A DNA stretch of 64,000 bases. Origin: Squalus acanthias (taxonomy: Eukaryota). Made by a program: the position numbers and the translations under genes. The stretch's first letter is position 1. Every line of letters starts with the position of its first letter. The notes under the pieces are model-generated. The model made no database searches. It saw only the letters and a program-made list of their open reading frames with translations, and was not told where the DNA came from. This document shows, piece after piece, positions 11,656 to 24,689 of this stretch. The stretch covers positions 151,902,001 through 151,966,000 of the forward strand of contig CM059432.1 in NCBI GenBank assembly GCA_030390025.1, read 5' to 3'.

Positions 11656-13179
11656 TCAAGATGATTTTAAGAGTATGAGATAATGCATGGAAATGGCAAA
11701 ATGGGAACAGATACTGGAAGGAAACTGGAATAGTTTCAAAGGGATAGTTTTAAAGATGGAAAATAAATTTATCCCTACAATAGGATAGGGGCAGAATAAA
11801 AGAGTAAGACCAGCTCCGAGCTCTGACAGCTTTCATCCCAGAGTTCTGAAACAATTGGCTCAAAACAATTGTGAATATCCTTCAGGAAAGGAAACCTGCC
11901 AAACCTGGTCTGGCCTATTTGTGACATCAGTCCCACACCAATGTGGTTGAGACTTAACTGCCCTCTGAAGTGGCTTAGCAAGGCATTCGATTGTATTAAA
12001 CTGCTACAAACCACACTTACTGCAGTGGTTCAAGCAGAAAACCCACCATCACCTTCTCGGGGCAAGTAGGGATGGACAATAAATGCTGGCCTTGCCAGTG
12101 ACGCCTGCATCCCGAGAATGAATAATAAAAAAATATGATTGCGCGTTCCGTGTTCCCTTGCGTATTTTTTTTTTTAAAGAGTTCACTAGACTCAAGCCAA
12201 ATCGCAGAGGATCGGAAAATAGCAAATGTGACTCCTAAATTCAAAAAAAGTGTTGTGTGATAAACCAACAAATTATAGACTTGTAAGCCTTAATTTCACT
12301 TTTGGGTAACTGTTCCAAAGTATGTTGAAGGATAATATAAGGGAGCATATTCAGGCGACATGAGCTAATCCAAGATGGTCAGAATTATTTGGGTGAGTGG
12401 GAGGTTATGCTTGACTAGTTTATTGGATTTCTTTGAGGAGATGACAGATGTAGCAGATGCGGGAGAGATTAGATGTTATTGACCTGGATTTCAAGAAGGT
12501 ATTTGACACTGTCCCACGTAATAGGCTTCTACCAAAAGGGCTACTGCATAAAGGTGCAAGCCCATGGGATAGGTAGGAATCTATGAAATGGATTGGCAAA
12601 TAGTTGGTGGACAGCGAGTAGTAGTGTATGGGCAGGCATCTGGTTGGCAGTCAGTTACCATTGGAATGCCACAAGGTTCAGTGTGGGGCAACTGTTGTTT
12701 ATAATTTTTATAAATGATTTCGAAGAAGGAATTGTGCCAAAGTGTTGAAATTTGCAGATAGTACCAAATTGGGAGCAGTAGTAAATGATGAATATCAACA
12801 CGCACAAATTTAAGCTGATCTTGACAAGCTCAATCAGTTGGCGGACGAATGGCAGATGCAGTTTAATATCGGGAAATATAAGGTTGCTTTGGATTATGTG
12901 CTAAATGGGAATGTACTTGAGGCAAGAATGAGATTTTGTGTTTTTAGTGGACGTGTCACTAAAACCATCAGCTTAGTGTTGCCAGACTGTTTTTTTTTTA
13001 ATGGAATATTACGATGCATACCAACGGGTATAATCTATAAATCCAGATAGGTCATTTTAAAACTGTATTTGGCTACAGCAAGACCACACCTGCAGTACTG
13101 TGTGCAATTTTGATCGCTCTATTTTAAAAAAGATATTCAGTTATTGGGGTACAGAGAAGGGCTACACGGTTTTTAAAAA

Positions 13180-13970
13180 TTCGTTTTATGGGATTTGGGC
13201 GTCGCTGGCAAGGCCAGCATTTATTGTCCATCCCGAATTGCCCTTGAGAAGGTGGTGATGAGCCGCCGCCTTGAACCGCTGTAGTCTGTGTGGTGAAGCT
13301 ACTCCCACAGTGCTGTTAGGGAGGGAGTTCCAGGATTTTGACCCAGCGACGATGAAGGATCGGCGATATACTTCTAAGTCAGGATGGTGTATGACTTGGA
13401 GGGGACCTTGGAGGTGGTGGTGTTCCCATGCGCCTGTTGCCCTTGTCCTTCTAGGTGGAAGAGGTCGCGGGTTTGGGAGGTGCTGCCGAAGAAGCCTTGG
13501 CGAGTTGCTGCAGTGCATCTTGTAGATGATACACACAGCAGCCACGGTACACCAGTGGTGGAGGGAGTAAATGTTTAAGGTGGTGGATGGGGTGCCAATT
13601 AAGCGGGCTGCTTTGTCCTGGATGGTGTCGAGCTTCTTGAGTGTTGTTGGAGCTGCACTCATCCAGGCAAGTGGAGAGTATTCCATTACACTCCTGACTT
13701 GTGCCTTGTAGATGGTGGAAAGGCTTTGGGGAGTCAGGAGGTGAGACACTCGCCGCAAAATACCTAGATTCTGACCTGCTCTTGTTGCCACAGTATTTAT
13801 GTGGCTGGTCCAGTTAAATTTCTGGTCAAAGGTGACCCCCCAGGATGTTGATGGTGGGGGATTCAACGATGGTAATGCCGTTGAATGTCAAGGGGTGGTG
13901 GTTAGACTCTCGCTTGTTGGAGATAGTTATCACCTGGCACTTGTGTGGCGTGAATGTTACCTGCCACATA
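13180..13970 (-). mobile_element. Non-LTR retrotransposon 3' portion (RT C-terminal region, CR1/L2 superclade)
   Basis: 226-aa ORF with GVTFDQKFNWTSHI, YKAQVRSVMEY and WNSLP. The same family's 3' ends occur at ~11900-12130 and ~48830-49190 on the + strand. Confidence 0.8.
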
Positions 13971-15861
13971 TCAACCTGAACGTCGATCCCAGAGCTTAAG
14001 GAAATGACATTTGAGGAAAGATTGAATTTTACTTCTTTTCTCTTAAAAAGAGAAGACTATGAGAAGATATGATAGAAGTGTTTAAAATTATGACAGGTTT
14101 GGACAAATTGGATCCAAGTAAGCTTTGCTCTCTCTTTGTATTTAAGCACAAGGGATCATACTTACAAACTAAGGACAACAAAAGAAAATCGGAAATGCAG
14201 GAATTTTTTAATGAAAAAGGTGGCAAGTATTTGCAAGTATTTAGATTGCTGGCACGGGTGGTGGGCAAGAAACCCTAATGGGATTCACGAAAGAGCTAGA
14301 CAGGCTCTTGTCAACAAGTGAGATTCAGAGTTACTAGAAATGCACCAAGGGGATTCTGTGGATAGGTGGGCTAGATGGATCCAAGGTGGTCTCATGTCTG
14401 AAACTGTTACTATGTTACTACCATTCCCCCTCTGTGGGAAAATTTTCCCATCACTCCAGGGTTATCGGGGCTGCACAAGGAAACCCCAAATTCCTTTTCG
14501 CCACCACAAACAATTTCCTCTGACTTCTGACGCCCAGACTTCTGATGTGAGGAGTTTCGGTGCCTGTGATTCAGATCCCATCAAGCTCCTTGGTTGCTGT
14601 GCCTGGCAGTAGGGAGCTTCACCTTTCCATTTGAACCTGAGCTAAACTTCATATCCTACCTTCAGAACTTTTATTTTCATCGTTACTACTTCAACTACTT
14701 TCCTTGCTGAAACCCTCATCCATGCTTTCACCATCTTGAGGACCGATTTCCCAAATGCTTTTTTCAGTCTTACTGCCCCCATCTTTCACAAACTTCAGTT
14801 AATCCCGAACTCCACAGCTTGAGTCCTCTTCCCCCAAATAATACAGCACATGCATCACTCTCATCCCAGCTTATTCCATTAGCTTCCTGTGCCTTGGAAA
14901 ATTGGCTGCCAAGATCCCTATCGTCGCTTTCAAGACCCTCCACATCCTTACCCCATCCAAATTCAATACTACTGCTTGGTTGCTAGTTTCCCCTTCCCCA
15001 CGTACACGAGGAGCAATGCATACATGCCTCATCAGAACACATTGTTAAAACCACTTGGTAAGGAACCTAATATGAGTCTGGAATTTCAAGTTCGTTGTGA
15101 GAAATTTCAACTAGTTCTGAAGTAGGGAAGGACATTATTAGCACCCAATTTCATACAATGTGAGAGTTGTCTCCTGGTTAATAGATCAATATTTTATGCT
15201 CGTTGTGCGACAACAGTGGCCTCTTTCAGTGGTATTGGTGCAAGAACACGAATTTTTTGCAAGGATTTATCTTAGATTATGGTCTCCAAAATGTTTCATG
15301 TCAGTAAGGATAGACTGACTCTAACAATTTTGAGTTTTTAATAACTCTGCCCTCTCCCAACTGTTTAACAGCAGTTTCTGTAAGTGGATCTTGTCCCTTG
15401 CAATCCAGAAGCTGTACCTTTCCTAAACTCCATCATTGTAGAGCTACATAGACTGGGGATGAACAGTTACTTCACTTGGAGTAATCTGCTAGCTGGATTT
15501 ATGTAGTTTTGCACTACATTACCAAGCTTTCTTCGAAATGATGACTATTAGAAAATAAACAATAACATAAATTGCTTTACAGACAAACAATTATATTTTC
15601 AACTAAATAATATAAAATACAAAATTAATCAAATATGAAAGTTATATATTTATCTTTATCTATAATGGGACCCTTGCCGTTTATTAGAACAGCTTCAGAT
15701 TGAGTTTAAGAATCATTAATTCGATGATGAAATAGCTGTCTCCGAATGCCAAATTCAGTCTATTCTTGTCTTCTCTTGTTTGAATCTTCGCTTACACTCA
15801 GGGTCTATTTCTGAGATATCTTGTACAATTTAAACATGTGCTTTTTGAAAGCAGTTCAGTG

Positions 15862-16133
15862 CTGTCAAACTGCTGTTTAGAATGCTTGGATCTTGGTATA
15901 CATTTGCGATTAATTTTTTTAAAAGTCACAATTACTATGATGGTGATCCACTAAATATGATTATATTGCAATTGAAAACAAACGAGCACTGCTGCTAATT
16001 AAATCAAGGCTCGTTTGTTTTCAATTGCAATATAATCATATTTAGTGGATCATCATCATAGTAATTGTGACTTTAAAAAAATTAATCACAAATGTATACC
16101 AAGATCCAAGCATTCTAAACAGCAGTTTGACAG
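15862..16133. repeat. Near-perfect long inverted repeat (126/125-nt arms, 21-nt loop)
   Basis: Arm 15862-15987 is the reverse complement of 16009-16133, with 2 substitutions and one 1-nt indel. Confidence 0.95.
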
Positions 16134-18209
16134 GCCTGAAATTTTCAGTAAATGAAACCAGCAATACAAACTTTGTTGCATCGCCTCTAAATCTAAAAGA
16201 GAATGATCTCTTGGGTTTACCTTCCAGCTTCCACCAGTATCTGGTATGCCATGTTAAGCTGATAGCTGACAAAGCGGCTGGTTAAATGTACTCTACGTTG
16301 TTCTCACCTGAGGGGCGGAAAACCTCTGAGCAATGTTAAGGAGTGTTCCACAGGATCTATAGTAACTTGTTGGTTATTTATCTCTCTTTTTTCACACACA
16401 TCCCTCTTCAATTATCTGCTCTTCCATTCTTAAAGAGTGTGATTCATACTGGCCACAGTTCCCTGGATTCCAACATCTTCCAGTAAGTCACCAGTGGCTG
16501 TTGGAGAAGTGAGCTTTGCTAGCCATCATCTGGGGTGTTATCCAAGATTCACATTTGTTTTCTGGTAGGGATCACTGGATAGTGATTGGGCGGGAAATTG
16601 TATTGATATTTTTGTTTTTTCCCTCTTCCTAGCACAGGGGCATTTAGGATATTATAGTGACCCATTGATATTCTGGCTCAGATTAACTAACTTGTCCCAA
16701 ATGAGGGAATGAACTTGTAACCTTCCTGGGATATATGGCTTAGTAGTGTGCCAAACTTGTGTATTTAGTTACTCAGTCACTACAACAACCAGATAGGCTG
16801 TTGTTGCAATGGTAAGTTTTGGCATATGATGGCTTGCTGCTTGGCAAACCCCCTTTATTAAGCATCATTGCTCTGTCATTTCAGTTCAATTGGATGTGCA
16901 GATGTTTGTTCTCGACTGAAAGTCCCTCCTTCCTTTGAGGTATTACTGAGCCAGTCTCATGCAGTATATGGAGTGTACAGGAATGAATAACCAAGTTGGC
17001 TAGTATGTTCTTTCTTTGAATAGAACTTGTGATGCCAATGCACCTTGTACCTAATGGAAAGGGAAGGCCACGTGGGTGACAACATGAATTCCCTGATGTC
17101 TTACTGATAGAATTCTGAGTGAAGCACAAGGGACACTATCTTACCATGTGACATTATTAGTACAGCTGTAAAAATTGTAATATCTGTAGTATATCTCATC
17201 ACGATGATGCTAAACAGCAAGTAAGTCAAAATTAGAATGAAAAATAGGGCAGCATAGTGGTCGTTTGTTACAGAACCTGTGTAGTCTCTTGCATAGCACA
17301 TCCCATGAACTGTCAATGTAGCTTCTTGGTAATTTGCCAGAAGCTATATCTGATTTCTAAAGATGCAAAGAGACAGTATTTCCTCTCTATTCTTTTTCAG
17401 ACAGTGTGGTTGAAACTATTGCAACTTTCCTTCATGGGGTAAACCCAGCCAATGTTAAATGGGCAATTTGAATGTTGACCTTCTTGTGAATGATGCTGGC
17501 TACTAGGCATTATCAATACTGTATTGTGGGAAAATGTAGTGTTTAAATCATGGGAGAAAAGCAAGCCATTCTAAATGTGGATAAGCTAAAGAGTTACCAT
17601 AATAATTACTAAGTGTAATCGTAGTTCATTATGTGGACTTGTTTTACTGTGAATTTGTACGTCAACAATGCAGCACAGGGGTTTAACAGAATGGCATTTG
17701 ATTGAACAAATTCAGCAGTGTTTTAAATCCAGCTTGATAATACCTTATGCTGCTCCCACAACACTGGTCCACTTCAGCTAGGACTGTTCAGGATATAACT
17801 GTCCCCATATCTTTCACCGCAGCTCTGCAGTTGGGCAACAAGGAGCATGAATGAGTGGGCAAGTTCCACTATTGGCTCTCTTTCCCCATTTTTTGGGAAA
17901 AGGTGGGAAAAGAAGCCTTGCCTCCACTTGGTGTTTCATCCAGTGGTATGATCAAGGCCAAAGTTCTCCAATGCAGCTCAGCAGCCAGTTGCTGAAAGTA
18001 ATTGTTCTGCCACTACTTGGACCTTTCCAACAGTGTCTCAGCTAAAATTGGGAGCTTATATAGATGCTTACGTCACAGCATGCTGTTGATCTAATGTGCT
18101 GCACCACTTAAGTTTTTGTTAACTTGTTTGAAGTATAGATTTAGACTTTGACTTTGTTGGGATAGATTTACAGAAGTGAGGTGAAGGTGGGACTAGGAAA
18201 GAGAGAAAA

Positions 18210-18560
18210 TACAACAAATTGCAATAATATAACACCTTTAATGTAGGAAAATGTTCGAAGACACTTCACACGTAAGGAAAAAAATGAGTGCAGATCCAAA
18301 GAAGGATATATTAGGATGAGTGACCAAAAGCTTGGTCAAAGAGGTGGGCTTTAAGGAGGGAGGTTGTTCGGCAGACGGATTCTAGAAGGGAATTCCAGAG
18401 TGTGGAGGTTTAGGTGGCTGAAGACATGGCCACCAATGGTGGGGCAAAAAGAGGAGGGAACACATAAGAGGCAGGGGTCAGAGGAAATAGTGTTTTTTGG
18501 GGGAGGTTGCAGCACTGGAGGAGGTTAACGGTGGGGAGGGGTGAGGCCATTAAGGGATTT
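18210..18560 (-). mobile_element. L2-type LINE 3' fragment
   Basis: Similar to 4428-4750 (CAAAAGCTTGGTCAAAGAGGT…GAATTCCAGAG). Confidence 0.7.
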
Positions 18561-18772
18561 CAACACAAGCATAAAGGAAGCTTTCGTATGAGTGCAGTAC
18601 AACGGCAGTACAATATAAATTGAATCAGTCCTGCATCACACTTGCAAATCTTGAAGTGGTAAGAAAAATGTTAAATATGCTTTCTTCCCCAAAGGTATTC
18701 TTATTGATGGCAACTAATTAGTCTGTTTATCTTTTTTTTGCATGCAAACCCTTGTGTTGGAACTCTCAATAG

Positions 18773-18775
18773 AGA
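18773..18775 (+). CDS. CLASP2: CLASP2 3-nt microexon (AGA, Arg)
   Basis: ctcaatAG|AGA|GTAAGT, a consensus donor. The flanking exons end …DPHSK and start VFSMF, and vertebrate CLASP isoforms have K-R-VFSMF. A branch-like ACTAAT and a T-tract lie upstream. Confidence 0.85.
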
Positions 18776-21107
18776 GTAAGTGTGTTCAGTATTTGTTGGA
18801 AGCCTAACTTTGCATGACAGAAATTAACCTTTTGCACTCTGCTGATCACAAATTTTGTCATCCGAGAAGCTTGAGTAGCTAATTCAACAATTGTTACATA
18901 AATGAGAAGCAGTGGTTAATTTTATTCTAAAATAGTGTGCACTGTGATCTACTAATGAACTGACATTGCTTGTCGAGTGCTTTACCTGCTTTGTCTTTGT
19001 ATTATGATGCTTAGCACAGCAATAGAGCACTTCCTATTTGACTGGATATTTGTGCTTAGAATATATAAAATTGCACAAGAAGCTTGAGGTGTAAAAAGGG
19101 TCACTCTCTGTCCCACCTTCCCAAAGCATGTTTGGTTTTTGTGTGCATTACTATACCTATTGAGACAAATTATAAGTCTTACCTTTTAAGCAGGTTCTTT
19201 AGGACTTCAGACAGCCAGCTTTTTAGATTGGGTCCACCCAATCGTACATTTAACCTAGTTTACTTGAATACTGTACTTACAGGTTGTTTGTGCTTGCTGC
19301 AATGTGTTAAATTTCAAACTTTATAAAACCAGTACAGCAAGAGTAACATGACTCATTTATTCAACAATAATTGATTATTTCACTGCCTTGTTGCAGGGTA
19401 TAAATCTGTCATTTATTCATTAGTGGGAGCTACCTAACTAAGAAATTAATTCACAACATTAGAATTTATTCAACCATTATATTCAATACCGTCATACAGG
19501 AAGAAGTAACGTCAATGCTGCCAAAATACTTTAAACCATTTTTGTTGATTCCTTTGAAATCAGAAAAGTGCTTACAAAATTTTTTTTTTTAAATGATGGC
19601 ATAGACAGATGAGAAGTGTCGAAGTAAGTTACTGTACTCCTTTCATCTATATATGTGCATTCCTGGTCAGTTTCAAGACCTACAGTGTTTCAGAACCAGA
19701 AATTGTCTTGCATTAAACAAGTGGTAAAATTTACAGTTGTCTTACTGAATTCAATGGTAAATATTTTCCATTGAAAGTACCTGTACCCCCTCACTTCTTT
19801 AAGCCTAGAGTATTTGAGCTTTAAATTTATCATTAAGCAGGCTGAGGTCCTCAGTAACTTAGATGTATATTTCCGTTCAATCAGTCGTAATTTCCTCATT
19901 AGAGTGAATGCAAAACGAGACTTAATTTTCTCAGAGGTACTGTACATAACTTGGTCATTTTAATAACAACTTAAGGGTTTAACAGCTTCTGATTATTGTA
20001 TGACTATGACCGTAGTATTAATTTTCGAATAAAAGAATTCTCTTAGTCCACCATCCTCATGACAGCATGGTCCTTTTGAAGATGTTTCTGATGTTTGTGA
20101 CATTGGGGGGCGACATTCATGTGATATTTCCTTTCTGTGCAATATAAAATGCCATTAGCAGCGGACCACCTATGCATTGGACTTCAGTCAACCTTGTCTA
20201 CAAACCATGCTCAGGCAAGGCCTCTACCAGCTGCTTTGCAGTTCTTTTTCAATTCATCCATGGAGAGCTTCTCCCAGTTTTACTTGGTTGGAAAAATTCT
20301 CATTTAAAATTAGGTGATGAATTGTTTTTTGTCCAGAGAATTTTTTAAAAAAGCCTCTACATGATGCGCATCTAAAAAATATCAACTGGAATCAAACACT
20401 GCATGAAATTTACTCTCAGATTTAGCAGCTCAGACGGGCATTGTTAGCGGATTTCCCATGGTTACAGTCTCAACAAAAGGGTTGTAATTTTCCTGTTTCT
20501 ATCTTATATCCTCAATCACTTCCTCTCATTCAATTTAACACCATAATTACCATTTCATCTCATTCATGAGCCCTGGAGGAAGTTCACTGTCCAATACAAT
20601 GTTAAAGATAGAAAACATAGATTAAACTATGATCATATGGTCCAAGTTATTAACACATTTTGTTTATTTTAGAGGACCTGAGTCCATTTTAACATTTCAA
20701 AATTATCTCAAATCCAAAGAGCAGTATTGTTGGACTAACAGGACTTGCCAATGTTCAATTTTATTTCCCAAAAACTTTCTTCCTTGACACAAAGCATCGG
20801 GCAGGAACCACCTAGACTGCACTCCTCTTTTCTTTTAATAAAAAATTCCCTTCTCAAATGCTTGAAACAGCAACTCATATCAATTCATCTTATCAATTCC
20901 AATTTCAGAAACAAATGATGCCTAAGCTTGATGGTTTTACATGAGAGACAGAAGTGCTTGCAGTTACTTTTGGATGTAACTACCATATATCCTCGCCCCC
21001 CGCCGCCCCACTCAAGCACTCTGTCTCGGAAGATAACAAATGACCCTGAATTGGTTAAGGCCGAGCCTTTGAAAGAAAAAATCTTAAGTCCAACCGTCAC
21101 CACACTG

Positions 21108-21310
21108 TGAGAAGTCGCACAACACCAGGTTATAGTCCAACAGCTTTATTTGCAATCACAAGCTTTCGGAGCGCTGCTCCTTCGTCAGGTGAAGTGAAGA
21201 AATGCATATGGGCACAGCATATATAGTCAGAAAACACTGCCAGACGACTACAGTTAATCTTTCTTTATCACACCTCGGCAGAGAGACAATCACGGCATCT
21301 CCGCATCATG
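21108..21310. mobile_element. Short Penelope-like insertion with a 12-bp direct repeat
   Basis: GTCACCACACTG flanks the insert at 21096-21107 and 21311-21322. The interior (CACCAGGTTATAGTCCAACAGCTTTATTTG…CTCCTTCGTCAGGTG) resembles PLE terminal repeats. Confidence 0.6.
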
Positions 21311-21768
21311 GTCACCACACTGACATTTGATGCCAATGTCTGCAGATATGGTGTTAAATTCTTAAAACTACTGGATCTCTTGTTGCGCCATCAACATCCA
21401 TTTGGTCCGGAAAACCATGCCCCCCACTGTTTAAAAGAAAAGTAAATCCATTGTGGCTCTTCTTGAGAGCTCAAGGGGTTAATTTGTCAATTCATGATTT
21501 CCTTCTGTCACCGTGGGGAAAATATCCACTCAAATTAAGAAACTTAAAATGTAATTATGTGCAATATATATATATTTACATTCAGCAATACAAAAATTGT
21601 TTTGCGGTAAATTAAAAACAGCTGTCAGCAGAAAGGGTTAACTTTGTATGTTTATAAGAAGATATGGTCAGATGCAAATGTGTCACTTCACGTAATTCTA
21701 AAAAAAAAACTTGGCTGATGGAAAAAGAACCGAACTCCATTTTACTCCTTTTTTTTCCCAAAGTCTTT

Positions 21769-22491
21769 GGGCTGGATTTTGAATGACCCATGGAGTCGGG
21801 TTTGGAGGCGTGTAGGGGGTTAAATTTGCGGGGTCGGGGTTTCCGACCCTATCCCGACTCCATCCCGCCTCCACGCAATTTTGACATAATCAGTCGCGGG
21901 GTTCCCGATTCCGTCCCGCCTCCAAGAGGCGGGAGAGGCCATTAAAGCCCTTAACAAGCTCTAAATTGGCTCTGTAATGCCATTTTGAAATGCTGTAGCT
22001 AGTTTAACCCTCTTCTGACGTGAAGCACGCCTGGTGTGAAACACTCCAGTGAAACCTGGCGGGAGCACAAGTGGATAGCTGACTATCGGCTGCAAGTCCA
22101 CTATTACAACGGAGATGTGATGAAGTAGCATTAGGTCTGAACATTGGCTCTGATGCTGCTGCATTGAATGTCTTCAGAGACTGCCTGGGAGGACTTACTT
22201 GGCAAAAAAATTCATTCTCTCTCTCTCTCTTCTCTGTCTCTCTCTCTCTCTCTTCCCCCCCATTTGTCATCCAGGTCCACTCACATCAAAAGCCGAGAGC
22301 AGGCAGGCAGTAATGATGACATCATCAGAGGCGACTTTCAGACTGAAAACACTAATTAGTTCATGGGTTCCCACATGCTCCAACTCAATTGCCCAATTAA
22401 GTGAAAATTGCATCAGGCACCCACATTAATCTGGAGTCGGGGGGGGAAACACGAAATGCGGATTACACGACCCCAAGACAAAATCCAGCCC
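21769..22491. mobile_element. PIF/Harbinger-type MITE nested in the ERV-like element
   Basis: TIRs GGGCTGGATTTT…AAAATCCAGCCC with a 3-bp TSD (TTT). Confidence 0.8.
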
Positions 22492-23237
22492 TTTGTACCT
22501 TCAAAACTTCCTTAAGAATTAACTACTTGGTTAGTTAGTACAGTCCAACTACAAGATGTCTCCAGATTGTTGCCATAGAGATAGCAATTTCCACTTCAAA
22601 TCATTTAATGCTTCAGAAATTCAAAACTACAAATTTTGATATGTGAAAGTCTCATGGCCGGAATTAGAGATCTCCACATAATTTACAATAACCAGAATTT
22701 CACTGTGGCCACAATGAAAGTCAGGTTTTCACAATTTAATAGGTAAGTTAATAATACTCAATAATTCCAATTTAATTCAATCCAATTTATTATTAACTAA
22801 ACACAATACAGAACAGATAAAATTATCAGAATAGCACGTGCTTATAAAAACCCAGTAAATTACATCATCGTTCTTTTTGTTCTTCAGGCGCCTTTCCAAA
22901 TGACTAAAAATGCTGAATATAACTGAAGGAAAAATTAGTGTTAACAACTAAACGAAATCTTTGTAACATTCTTTAACATTGAAAAAGAGGGCGGAGCCAC
23001 AGCAGTGGCCTGAAACATTTACTCAGGCTTTTTAAAGAGACATTCTGCTGAAAACAAAAGAACTCCTGCAACTTGTGATAGTAGGGAAAGATTATGGCCC
23101 TTTTCTTTCTCCTTCTCTATTCGATCATATTTAGTGCTTTTTCTCTCAAACCAATTTACAATTTCTGATACAGAAAATGCTGGAAACACTCAGCAGGTCA
23201 GGTCATTCATTACAATTTCTGATGATTGCTACTTATC

Positions 23238-23793
23238 CCATTTGGAAAAACTGTCAATTATAACCAAGACATACTGGTTACTCTTCTGAGTCCTTTGAAA
23301 CAGGCCAATGTAATCAATCTGCAAATTTCTCTACGGCTCATGGATGCTGGGACATGGCTAGAGGACGTTTTAACTCTGGGCCCGGGATCATACGGGGCAT
23401 ACGTGAGGCATTCACGGTCTGATCCATAGAAGGCCACCACATCTACTGCACTAGCCTTTGGACCAAGCTATCACCCTTCTGGAGCCCACTAGGGGTATGG
23501 GCTCAACGGACTACCTCATTACACAGTGACTATGGGATTACCCATTTACCCTGGTGAAATAACAAGCTATCCTGTTCTTTTCTGTTAAAGGCATCTTAGG
23601 GCCATGAGCCCTCACTTTTAAATGCCCAGGACTGATTTAATCCAAGGGTCCTCACCCTGCACCCTGCAAGATCTAAAGAAGTTGTTTCACTTTGAATTTT
23701 ATTTATCTGGTGGTCCTCTCACTTCCAGGGCAATCTCAAATTTCTTGACTAGTTGATCTGCCTTGCTGTTCTCACTGGCCCAGGGTGATTTTA
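23238..23793 (-). pseudogene. pol remnant: RNase H C-terminus and integrase N-terminal/core start
   Basis: Hand translation with stops and frameshifts: KSPWASENSKADQLVK, GKWVIP*SLCNEVVR*AH…MWWP…ECLTYAPYDP, LQIDYIGLFQRTQKSNQYVLVIIDSFSKW. Confidence 0.85.
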
Positions 23794-24689
23794 GAAGCAG
23801 GTCTCAGACTTGCAGTAAACAAATTAAGGAAACCGTACTTTGTAAATGTTCAGATTGATTTAAAACTAGACCGCGTGTCTTTAATTTAAACTGCATAAAG
23901 CAAAAACAATTTTTAGCTGTAATCCAATTAAAACAAAGTCCTCTGAAAAGTTCAAATTTATCTACTACCGGACACCATAGCAACTGTAACTTGTAATTCT
24001 TCAAGTCTGAATCTTATCTTTTTTTATTGGAACAAACTCCCTCTGCTTTTCACAGTTGCACAAGTAAATTTTAGTCAAAATAAAAACACACCAGCGTCTT
24101 TAACTTAAAATGTAAATCACAAAGTTTTCCTCAATTCTGAGTACACAATCTTAAACTGAAATAAACATACTCAGCAACCATATTCACACTTTCATGCATC
24201 ATAAAAATATTGTTCCAGCTAATTGGTTATGAACTCAGGTGCCAAAATTTTATGTGATCTTCCCAGTTCGCGAGCCCAAGGAATATTCAGTTTAAATCAG
24301 TTCAAAACCAAAAACATGACTCAAAGTATCTCAAAAATAATACATGTGTATATATACATACATACATAGAGAAAACAATTAACTAACTTAAAACAGCATA
24401 CGCTTGTAGAAAGACATTGATTAAAATGCTTAAAATACTTCCAAAATCAAAGACAAGACTACAGATGTTAAACAGCTTATAGCTCTGTTAAACATTTGCA
24501 GGTCAGGAAACTTCCACACATTCTCTCTCACTTTCACTCAGCGGCGCCCAGGGAATGTTCGAGAATCCCACTTCAATGCCTGCTGCATCCTTTTTTACTA
24601 CTCGTATGGGTCTCATCACCATCTGGGGAGTTTGGTATATGTCAGGAGGTCCTGGTTCCGGACCCTGGTCCTCCCGCTCCCTGTATCGG

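Larger units (their letters stand above)
9600..14410 (+). mobile_element. Old, degenerate CR1 LINE (ORF1 end through 3' UTR) carrying several nested insertions
   Basis: Collinear remnants GLHLNWSG, VGVTETW, ILDLVL, DLDFKKVFD, W+MQFN and IEVFKIMTGLD, interrupted by the younger elements listed separately. Confidence 0.75.

Noticed and set aside
17401..17438. Possible 38-nt cryptic or poison exon after a strong pyrimidine tract
   Set aside because: Weak donor, frameshifting and no homology. Such sites are expected by chance in long introns.
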